Part shown: positions 54,033 through 64,000 of the stretch, piece by piece
Layout of the letters: every line of letters starts with the position of its first letter
How positions within the stretch are numbered: position 1 is the stretch's first letter
Source: Eledone cirrhosa
Taxonomy: Eukaryota
Reading direction: 5' to 3'
Assembly: GCA_964016885.1 (NCBI GenBank)
Contig: OZ024741.1
Span: forward strand, 259,532,001-259,596,000
Length of the DNA stretch: 64,000 nt
Position numbers and translations under genes: made by a program
The notes under the pieces: model-generated
Told to the model about the DNA's origin: nothing
The model's database searches: none
Seen by the model: the letters and a program-made list of their open reading frames with translations, nothing else

Positions 54033-54832
54033 TCGTAAGTCGAAACACTCGTAAGCCGAAACACTCGTGAGCCGAAACACTCGTAAGTCGGAACACTCGT
54101 AAGTCAGAACACTCGTAAGTCAGAACACTCGTAAGTTAGAACACTCGTAAGTCAGAACACTCGTAAGTCAGAACACTCGTAAGTCGAAACACTCGTATCG
54201 AAACACTCGTATGTCAAAACACCCGTAAGTCAAAACACTCGTAAGTCGAAACACTCGTAAGTCGAAACACTCGTAAGCCGAAACACTCGTAAGCCGAAAC
54301 ACTCGTAAGTCGGAACACTCGTAAGTCGGAACACTCGTAAGACAGAACACTCGTAAGTCAGAACACTCGTAAGTCAGAACACTCGTAAGTCAGAACACTC
54401 GTAAGTCGAAACACTCGTATCGAAACACTCGTATGTCAAAACACCCGTAAGTCAAAACACTCGTAAGTCGAAACACTCGTAAGTCGAAACACTCGTATGT
54501 CGAAACATCCGTAAATCAGAACACTCGTAAGTCGAAACACTCGTAAGTCGAAACACTCGTAAGCCGAAACACTCGTAAGTCGAAGCACTCGTATCGAAAC
54601 ACTCGTAAGTCGAAACACCCTTAAGTCAAAACACTCGTAAGCCAAAACACTCGTAAGTCGAAACACTCGTAAGTCGGAACACTCGTAAGTCAGAACACTC
54701 GTAAGTCAGAACACTCGTAAGTGGAAACACGCGTAAGTCGAAAGACCCGTAAGTCAAAAATCTCGTAAGTCAAAACACTCGTAAGCCGAAACACTCGTAA
54801 GTCGAAACACTCGTAAGTCGAAACATTCGTAA

Positions 54833-54909
54833 AGCGAAACGTTTAAGTAAAGATTAATGTAATGAACTTGAAAAGCATAGATATTTGAAACCGCGTCTAT
54901 TTGTTATTT
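54833..54909. repeat. 77-bp island, type B (two private SNPs)
   Basis: B-diagnostic bases; GTTTAAGTAAAG replaces GTATAAATAAAG. Confidence 0.93.
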
Positions 54910-56013
54910 TCGTAAGTCGAAACACTCGTAAGTCAGAACACTCGTAAGTCAGAACACTCGTATCGAAACACGTATGTCAAAACACCCGTAAGTCAAAACA
55001 CTCGTAAGTCGAAACACTCGTAAGTCGAAACACTCGTAAGCCGAAACAATCGTAAGTCAAAACACTCGTAAGTCGAAACACTCGTAAGCCGAAAATACTC
55101 GTAAGTCGGAACACCCGTAAGCCGAAACCCTCGTAGGTCGGAACACTCGTAAGTCGAAACACTCTTAAGTCGAAACACCCGTAAGTCGAAACACTCGTAA
55201 GTCGAAACACCCGTAAGTCGAAACATCCGTAAGTCAAAACACTCGTATGTCGAAACACTCGTAAGCCGAAACACTCGTAAGTCGGAACACTCGCAAGTCA
55301 GAACACTCGTAAGTCAGAACACTCGTAAGTCGAAACACTCGTAAGTCGAAACACCCGTAAGTCGAAACGCCCGTAAGTCAAAACACTCGTATGTCGAAAC
55401 ACTCGCAAGCCGAAAAACCGTAAGTCAAAACACTCGTAAGTCGAAACACTCGTAAATCGAAACACTCGTAAGCCGAAACACTCGTAAGCGAAAACATTCG
55501 TTAGTCGAAACACTCGTAACCCGAAACACTCGTAAGTCGAAACACTCGAAAGCCGAAACACTCGTAAGTCGAAACACTCATAAGCCGAAACACTCGTAAG
55601 TCGGAACACTCGTAAGTCAGAACACCCGTAAATCAGAACACTCGTAGTCAGAACACTCGTAAGTCGAAACACTCGTAAGCCGAAACACTCGCAAGTCGAA
55701 GCACTCGTAATCCGAAACACTCTTAAGTCGAAACACTCGTAAGTCGGAACACTCGTAAGTCAGAACACTCGTAAGTCAGAACACTCGTAAGTCGAAACAC
55801 TCGTAAGCCGAAACATCCGTAAGTCAAAACATCCGTAAGTCAAAACATTCGTAAGTCGAAACACCCGTAGTCGAAACACTCGCAAGTCGAAACACTCGTA
55901 AGTCGAAACACGCGTAAGTCGAAACACATGTAAGTCAAAACACTCGTAAGTCAAAACACTCGTAAGCCGAAACACTCGTAAGTCGAAACACTCGTAAGTC
56001 GAAACACTCGTAA

Positions 56014-56090
56014 AGCGAAACGTATCAATAAAGATTAATGTAATGAATTTGAAAAGCATAGAGATTTGAAACCGCGTCTATTTGTTATTT
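56014..56090. repeat. 77-bp island, type C
   Basis: Matches 8244-8320. Confidence 0.93.
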
Positions 56091-56906
56091 TCGTAAGTCG
56101 AAACACTCGTAAGCCGAAACACTCGTGAGCCGAAACACTCGTAAGTCGGAACACTCGTAAGTCAGAACACTCGTAAGTCAGAACACTCGTAAGTTAGAAC
56201 ACTCGTAAGTCAGAACACTCGTAAGTCAGAACACTCGTAAGTCAAAACACTCGTATCGAAACACTCGTATGTCAAAACACCCGTAAGTCAAAACACTCGT
56301 AAGTCGAAACACTCGTAAGTCGAAACACTCGTAAGCCGAAACACTCGAAAGCCGAAACACTCGTAAGTCGGAACACTCGTAAGTCGGAACACTCGTAAGT
56401 CAGAACACTCGTAAGTCAGAACACTCGTAAGTCAGAACACTCGTAAGTCAGAACACTCGTAAGTCGAAACACTCGTATCGAAACACTCGTATGTCAAAAC
56501 ACCCGTAAGTCAAAACACTCGTAAGTCGAAACACTTGTAAGTCGAAACACTCGTATGTCGAAACATCCGTAAATCAGAACACTCGTAAGTCGAAACACTC
56601 GTAAGTCGAAACACTCGTAAGCCGAAACACTCGTAAGTCGAAGCACTCGTATCGAAACACTCGTAAGTCGAAACACCCTTAAGTCAAAACACTCGTAAGC
56701 CAAAACACTCGTAAGTCGAAACACTCGTAAGTCGGAACACTCGTAAGTCAGAACACTCGTAAGTCAGAACACTCGTAAGTGGAAACACGCGTAAGTCGAA
56801 AGACCCGTAAGTCAAAAATCTCGTAAGTCAAAACACTCGTAAGCCGAAACACTCGTAAGTCGAAACACTCGTAAGTCGAAACACTCGTAAGTCGAAACAT
56901 TCGTAA

Positions 56907-56983
56907 AGCGAAACGTATAAATAAAGATTAATGTAATGAACTTGAAAAGCATAGATATTTGAAACCGCGTCTATTTGTTATTT
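56907..56983. repeat. 77-bp island, type B
   Basis: Three B-diagnostic bases present. Confidence 0.95.
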
Positions 56984-59292
56984 TCGTAAGTCGAAACACT
57001 CGTAAGTCAGAACACTCGTAAGTCAGAACACTCTTAAGTCAGAACACTCGTATCGAAACACGTATGTCAAAACACCCGTAAGTCAAAACACTCGTAAGTC
57101 GAAACACTCGTAAGTCGAAACACTCGTAAGCCGAAACAATCGTAAGTCAAAACACTCGTAAGTCGAAACACTCGTAAGCCGAAAATACTCGTAAGTCGGA
57201 ACACCCGTAAGCCGAAACCCTCGTAGGTCGGAACACTCGTAAGTCAAAACACTCGTAAGTCGAAACACCCGTAAGTCGAAACACTCGTAAGTCGAAACAC
57301 CCGTAAGTCGAAACATCCGTAAGTCAAAACACTCGTATGTCGAAACACTCGTAAGCCGAAACACTCGTAAGTCAGAACACTCGTAAGTCAGAACACTCGT
57401 AAGTCGAAACACTCATAAGTCGAAACACTCGTAAGTCGAAACACCCGTAAGTCGAAACACCCGTAAGTCGAAACACTCGTATGTCGAATAACTCGTAAGC
57501 CGAAACACCGTAAGTCAAAACACTCGTAAGTCGAAACACTCGTAAGTCGAAACACTCGTAAGTCGAAACACCCATAAGCCGAAACATTCGTAAGCCAAAA
57601 CATTCGTAAGTCGAAACACTCGTAAACCGAAACACTCGTAAGCCAAAACATTCGTAAGTCGAAACACTCGTAAGTCGAAACACCCATAGCCGAAACACTT
57701 GTAAGTCTGAACACACGTAAGTCAGAACACCCGTAAGTCAGAACACTCGTAAGTCAGAACACTCGTAAGTCAGAACACTCGTAAGTCAGAGCACTCGTAT
57801 CGAAACACTCGTATGTCAAAACACCCGTAAGTCAAAACACTCGTAAGTCGAAACACTCGTAAGCCGAAACACCGTAAGCCAAAACACTCGTAAGTCGAAA
57901 CACCCGTAAGTCGGAACACTCGTAAGTCGAAACACTCGTAAGTCGAAACACTCGTAAGCCGAAACACTCGTAAGCCGAAACACTCGTAAGTCGGAACACT
58001 CGTAAGTCGGAACACTCGTAAGTCAGAACACTCGTAAGTCAGAACACTCGTAAGTCAGAACACTCGTAAGTCAGAACACTCGTAAGTCGAAACACTCGTA
58101 TCGAAACACTCGTATGTCAAAACACCCGAAAGTCAAAACACTCGTAAGTCGAAACACTCGTAAGTCGAAACATTCGTATGTCGAAACATCCGTAAATCAG
58201 AACACTCGTAAGTCGAAACACTCGTAAGTCAAAACACTCGTAAGCCAAAACACTCGTAAGTCGAAACACTCGTAAGTCGGAACACTCGTAAGTCAGAACA
58301 CTCGTAAGTCAGAACACTCGTAAGTGGAAACACGCGTAAGTCGAAACACTCATAAGTCGAAACACTCGTAAGTCGAAACACCCGTAAGTCGAAACACCCG
58401 TAAGTCGAAACACTCGTATGTCGAATAACTCGTAAGCCGAAACACCGTAAGTCAAAACACTCGTAAGTCGAAACACTCGTAAGTCGAAACACCCATAAGC
58501 CGAAACACTCGTAAGCCAAAACATTCGTAAGTCGAAACACTCGTAAACCGAAACACTCGTAAGCCAAAACATTCGTAAGTCGAAACACTCGTAAGTCGAA
58601 ACACCCATAGCCGAAACACTCGTAAGTTTGAACACACGTAAGTCAGAACAGCCGTAAGTCAGAACACTCGTAAGTCAGAACACTCGTAAGTCAGAACACT
58701 CGTAAGTCAGAGCACTCGTATCGAAACACTCGTATGTCAAAACACCCGTAAGTCAAAACACTCGTAAGTCGAAACACTCGTAAGCCGAAACACCGTAAGC
58801 CAAAACACTCGTAAGTCGAAACACCCGTAAGTCGGAACACTCGTAAGTCGAAACACTCGTAAGTCGAAACACTCGTAAGCCGAAACACTCGTAAGCCGAA
58901 ACACTCGTAAGTCGGAACACTCGTAAGTCGGAACACTCGTAAGTCAGAACACTCGTAAGTCAGAACACTCGTAAGTCAGAACACTCGTAAGTCGAAACAC
59001 TCGTAAGTCGAAACACTCGTAAGCCGAAACACTCGTAAGTCGAAGCACTCGTATCGAAACACTCGTAAGTCGAAACACCCTTAAGTCAAAACACTCGTAA
59101 GCCAAAACACTCGTAAGTCGAAACACTCGTAAGTCGGAACACTCGTAAGTCAGAACACTCGTAAGTCAGAACACTCGTAAGTGGAAACACGCGTAAGTCG
59201 AAAGACCCGTAAGTCAAAAATCTCGTAAGTCAAAACACTCGTAAGCCGAAACACTCGTAAGTCGAAACACTCGTAAGTCGAAACATTCGTAA

Positions 59293-59369
59293 AGCGAAAC
59301 GTATAAATAAAGATTAATGTAATGAACTTGAAAAGCATAGATATTTGAAACCGCGTCTATTTGTTATTT
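59293..59369. repeat. 77-bp island, type B
   Basis: Three B-diagnostic bases present. Confidence 0.95.
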
Positions 59370-60250
59370 TCGTAAGTCGAAACACTCGTAAGTCAGAACA
59401 CTCGTAAGTCAGAACACTCGTATCGAAACACGTATGTCAAAACACCCGTAAGTCAAAACACTCGTAAGTCGAAACACTCGTAAGTCGAAACACTCGTAAG
59501 CCGAAACAATCGTAAGTCAAAACACTCGTAAGTCGAAACACTCGTAAGCCGAAAATACTCGTAAGTCGGAACACCCGTAAGCCGAAACCCTCGTAGGTCG
59601 GAACACTCGTAAGTCGAAACACTCTTAAGTCGAAACACCCGTAAGTCGAAACACTCGTAAGTCGAAACACCCGTAAGTCGAAACATCCGTAAGTCAAAAC
59701 ACTCGTATGTCGAAACACTCGTAAGCCGAAACACTCGTAAGTCGGAACACTCGCAAGTCAGAACACTCGTAAGTCAGAACACTCGTAAGTCGAAACACTC
59801 GTAAGTCGAAACACCCGTAAGTCGAAACGCCCGTAAGTCAAAACACTCGTATGTCGAAACACTCGCAAGCCGAAAAACCGTAAGTCAAAACACTCGTAAG
59901 TCGAAACACTCGTAAATCGAAACACTCGTAAGCCGAAACACTCGTAAGCGAAAACATTCGTTAGTCGAAACACTCGTAACCCGAAACACTCGTAAGTCGA
60001 AACACTCGAAAGCCGAAACACTCGTAAGTCGAAACACTCATAAGCCGAAACACTCGTAAGTCGGAACACTCGTAAGTCAGAACACCCGTAAATCAGAACA
60101 CTCGTAGTCAGAACACTCGTAAGTCGAAACACTCGTAAGTCGAAACACGCGTAAGTCGAAACACATGTAAGTCAAAACACTCGTAAGTCAAAACACTCGT
60201 AAGCCGAAACACTCGTAAGTCGAAACACTCGTAAGTCGAAACACTCGTAA

Positions 60251-60327
60251 AGCGAAACGTATCAATAAAGATTAATGTAATGAATTTGAAAAGCATAGAG
60301 ATTTGAAACCGCGTCTATTTGTTATTT
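60251..60327. repeat. 77-bp island, type C
   Basis: Matches 8244-8320. Confidence 0.93.
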
Positions 60328-61143
60328 TCGTAAGTCGAAACACTCGTAAGCCGAAACACTCGTGAGCCGAAACACTCGTAAGTCGGAACACTCGTAAGTC
60401 AGAACACTCGTAAGTCAGAACACTCGTAAGTTAGAACACTCGTAAGTCAGAACACTCGTAAGTCAGAACACTCGTAAGTCAAAACACTCGTATCGAAACA
60501 CTCGTATGTCAAAACACCCGTAAGTCAAAACACTCGTAAGTCGAAACACTCGTAAGTCGAAACACTCGTAAGCCGAAACACTCGAAAGCCGAAACACTCG
60601 TAAGTCGGAACACTCGTAAGTCGGAACACTCGTAAGTCAGAACACTCGTAAGTCAGAACACTCGTAAGTCAGAACACTCGTAAGTCAGAACACTCGTAAG
60701 TCGAAACACTCGTATCGAAACACTCGTATGTCAAAACACCCGTAAGTCAAAACACTCGTAAGTCGAAACACTTGTAAGTCGAAACACTCGTATGTCGAAA
60801 CATCCGTAAATCAGAACACTCGTAAGTCGAAACACTCGTAAGTCGAAACACTCGCAAGCCGAAACACTCGTAAGTCGAAGCACTCGTATCGAAACACTCG
60901 TAAGTCGAAACACCCTTAAGTCAAAACACTCGTAAGCCAAAACACTCGTAAGTCGAAACACTCGTAAGTCGGAACACTCGTAAGTCAGAACACTCGTAAG
61001 TCAGAACACTCGTAAGTGGAAACACGCGTAAGTCGAAAGACCCGTAAGTCAAAAATCTCGTAAGTCAAAACACTCGTAAGCCGAAACACTCGTAAGTCGA
61101 AACACTCGTAAGTCGAAACACTCGTAAGTCGAAACATTCGTAA

Positions 61144-61220
61144 AGCGAAACGTATAAATAAAGATTAATGTAATGAACTTGAAAAGCATAGATATTTGAA
61201 ACCGCGTCTATTTGTTATTT
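61144..61220. repeat. 77-bp island, type B
   Basis: Three B-diagnostic bases present. Confidence 0.95.
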
Positions 61221-63527
61221 TCGTAAGTCGAAACACTCGTAAGTCAGAACACTCGTAAGTCAGAACACTCTTAAGTCAGAACACTCGTATCGAAACACGT
61301 ATGTCAAAACACCCGTAAGTCAAAACACTCGTAAGTCGAAACACTCGTAAGTCGAAACACTCGTAAGCCGAAACAATCGTAAGTCAAAACACTCGTAAGT
61401 CGAAACACTCGTAAGCCGAAAATACTCGTAAGTCGGAACACCCGTAAGCCGAAACCCTCGTAGGTCGGAACACTCGTAAGTCAAAACACTCGTAAGTCGA
61501 AACACCCGTAAGTCGAAACACTCGTAAGTCGAAACACCCGTAAGTCGAAACATCCGTAAGTCAAAACACTCGTATGTCGAAACACTCGTAAGCCGAAACA
61601 CTCGTAAGTCAGAACACTCGTAAGTCAGAACACTCGTAAGTCGAAACACTCATAAGTCGAAACACTCGTAAGTCGAAACACCCGTAAGTCGAAACACCCG
61701 TAAGTCGAAACACTCGTATGTCGAATAACTCGTAAGCCGAAACACCGTAAGTCAAAACACTCGTAAGTCGAAACACTCGTAAGTCGAAACACCCATAAGC
61801 CGAAACATTCGTAAGCCAAAACATTCGTAAGTCGAAACACTCGTAAACCGAAACACTCGTAAGCCAAAACATTCGTAAGTCGAAACACTCGTAAGTCGAA
61901 ACACCCATAGCCGAAACACTTGTAAGTCTGAACACACGTAAGTCAGAACACCCGTAAGTCAGAACACTCGTAAGTCAGAACACTCGTAAGTCAGAACACT
62001 CGTAAGTCAGAGCACTCGTATCGAAACACTCGTATGTCAAAACACCCGTAAGTCAAAACACTCGTAAGTCGAAATACTCGTAAGCCGAAACACCGTAAGC
62101 CAAAACACTCGTAAGTCGAAACACCCGTAAGTCGGAACACTCGTAAGTCGAAACACTCGTAAGTCGAAACACTCGTAAGCCGAAACACTCGTAAGCCGAA
62201 ACACTCGTAAGTCGGAACACTCGTAAGTCAGAACACTCGTAAGTCAGAACACTCGTAAGTCAGAACACTCGTAAGTCAGAACACTCGTAAGTCGAAACAC
62301 TCGTATCGAAACACTCGTATGTCAAAACACCCGTAAGTCAAAACACTCGTAAGTCGAAACACTCGTAAGTCGAAACATTCGTATGTCGAAACATCCGTAA
62401 ATCAGAACACTTGTAAGTCGAAACACTCGTAAGTCGAAACACTCGTAAGCCGAAACACTCGTAAGTCGAAGCACTCGTATCGAAACACTCGTAAGTCGAA
62501 ACACCCTTAAGTCAAAACACTCGTAAGCCAAAACACTCGTAAGTCGAAACACTCGTAAGTCGGAACACTCGTAAGTCAGAACACTCGTAAGTCAGAACAC
62601 TCGTAAGTGGAAACACGCGTAAGTCGAAACACTCATAAGTCGAAACACTCGTAAGTCGAAACACCCGTAAGTCGAAACACCCGTAAGTCGAAACACTCGT
62701 ATGTCGAATAACTCGTAAGCCGAAACACCGTAAGTCAAAACACTCGTAAGTCGAAACACTCGTAAGTCGAAACACCCATAAGCCGAAACACTCGTAAGCC
62801 AAAACATTCGTAAGTCGAAACACTCGTAAGTCGAAACACCCATAGCCGAAACACTCGTAAGTCTGAACACACGTAAGTCAGAACAGCCGTAAGTCAGAAC
62901 ACTCGTAAGTCAGAACACTCGTAAGTCAGAACACTCGTAAGTCAGAGCACTCGTATCGAAACACTCGTATGTCAAAACACCCGTAAGTCAAAACACTCGT
63001 AAGTCGAAACACTCGTAAGCCGAAACACCGTAAGCCAAAACACTCGTAAGTCGAAACACCCGTAAGTCGGAACACTCGTAAGTCGAAACACTCGTAAGTC
63101 GAAACACTCGTAAGCCGAAACACTCGTAAGCCGAAACACTCGTAAGTCGGAACACTCGTAAGTCGGAACACTCGTAAGTCAGAACACTCGTAAGTCAGAA
63201 CACTCGTAAGTCAGAACACTCGTAAGTCGAAACACTCGTAAGTCGAAACACTCGTAAGCCGAAACACTCGTAAGTCGAAGCACTCGTATCGAAACACTCG
63301 TAAGTCGAAACACCCTTAAGTCAAAACACTCGTAAGCCAAAACACTCGTAAGTCGAAACACTCGTAAGTCGGAACACTCGTAAGTCAGAACACTCGTAAG
63401 TCAGAACACTCGTAAGTGGAAACACGCGTAAGTCGAAAGACCCGTAAGTCAAAAATCTCGTAAGTCAAAACACTCGTAAGCCGAAACACTCGTAAGTCGA
63501 AACACTCGTAAGTCGAAACATTCGTAA

Positions 63528-63604
63528 AGCGAAACGTATAAATAAAGATTAATGTAATGAACTTGAAAAGCATAGATATTTGAAACCGCGTCTATTTGTT
63601 ATTT
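63528..63604. repeat. 77-bp island, type B
   Basis: Three B-diagnostic bases present. Confidence 0.95.
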
Positions 63605-64000
63605 TCGTAAGTCGAAACACTCGTAAGTCAGAACACTCGTAAGTCAGAACACTCGTATCGAAACACGTATGTCAAAACACCCGTAAGTCAAAACACTCGT
63701 AAGTCGAAACACTCGTAAGTCGAAACACTCGTAAGCCGAAACAATCGTAAGTCAAAACACTCGTAAGTCGAAACACTCGTAAGCCGAAAATACTCGTAAG
63801 TCGGAACACCCGTAAGCCGAAACCCTCGTAGGTCGGAACACTCGTAAGTCGAAACACTCTTAAGTCGAAACACCCGTAAGTCGAAACACTCGTAAGTCGA
63901 AACACCCGTAAGTCGAAACATCCGTAAGTCAAAACACTCGTATGTCGAAACACTCGTAAGCCGAAACACTCGTAAGTCGGAACACTCGCAAGTCAGAACA

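Larger units (their letters stand above)
1..64000 (+). repeat. 16-bp tandem satellite array, consensus GTAAGTCGAAACACTC, extending beyond both window edges
   Basis: Continuous head-to-tail monomers in one orientation from first to last base. Common variants: TCAGAA, TCAAAA, TCGGAA, CCGAAA, CACCC, GTATG. Length variants of 12, 14, 15 and 17 bp occur. Confidence 0.99.
51628..64000 (+). repeat. Second island-dense domain: ~2-kb units, then ~4.24-kb units
   Basis: Island spacings 877/893 recur; unit offsets 2,074 and 2,058, then 4,237 (56059/60296, 57083/61320) and 4,235 (59338/63573). Confidence 0.88.

Noticed and set aside
6-63969. Hundreds of 60-140 aa minus-strand ORFs
   Set aside because: They overlap in all three frames, are translations of the 16-bp repeat, mostly begin at non-ATG codons and show no recognisable domain. 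Not annotated as CDS.
1-64000. CRISPR array (GAAAC-containing repeats; island contains ...TTGAAAAG and ...TTGAAAC)
   Set aside because: No unique spacers: monomers abut directly and the island is the same sequence each time. No cas genes or leader.
1-64000. Satellite-encoded hammerhead ribozyme (GTC and CGAAAC in the monomer)
   Set aside because: I did not find the essential CTGANGA core or the three stems on either strand.
1-64000. Telomerase-made telomeric repeat (some yeasts have 16-bp units)
   Set aside because: No G-rich strand and no match to a telomere unit I know. Multi-kb HORs with inherited variants indicate recombinational amplification rather than templated addition.
1-64000. 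Baculovirus late-promoter motif (DTAAG) or plasmid iterons
   Set aside because: GTAAG is only 5 bp, and there are no viral or rep genes; a gene-free 64-kb array does not fit either context.
1-64000. Pure sequencing or assembly artefact
   Set aside because: Specific rare variants recur at exact long-range offsets with copy-private differences, which random error would not produce. Exact copy number and order still need read validation.

Overview
The whole 64 kb window is one uninverted tandem satellite array built from a 16-bp monomer (consensus GTAAGTCGAAACACTC, about 44% GC, roughly 3,900 copies by length estimate). It contains no recognisable protein-coding gene, RNA gene, transposase or CRISPR array. 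All ORFs in the track are minus-strand and arise because the consensus has no stop on that strand. The only non-monomer DNA is a 77-bp AT-rich island, found 26 times in three subtypes (A x11, B x12, C x3), always at the same monomer phase and orientation and flanked by TCGTAA. Rare monomer variants and the islands reveal nested higher-order repeats (HORs): ~0.3-kb cassettes, ~2-kb A+B units, a 3,934-bp X unit, a ~6.2-kb Y unit, 10,154-bp XY and 14,088-bp XXY units, a ~4.24-kb unit at the right end, and a 47,770-bp long-range duplication. This organisation resembles eukaryotic centromeric or heterochromatic satellite (inference); the organism cannot be identified from the sequence. The most intriguing signal is that the island supplies an ATG and a signal-peptide-like leader (MLFKFITLIFIYTFRF) fused to the repeat peptide, and both fixed A/B differences in that leader are synonymous. 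This is suggestive only.
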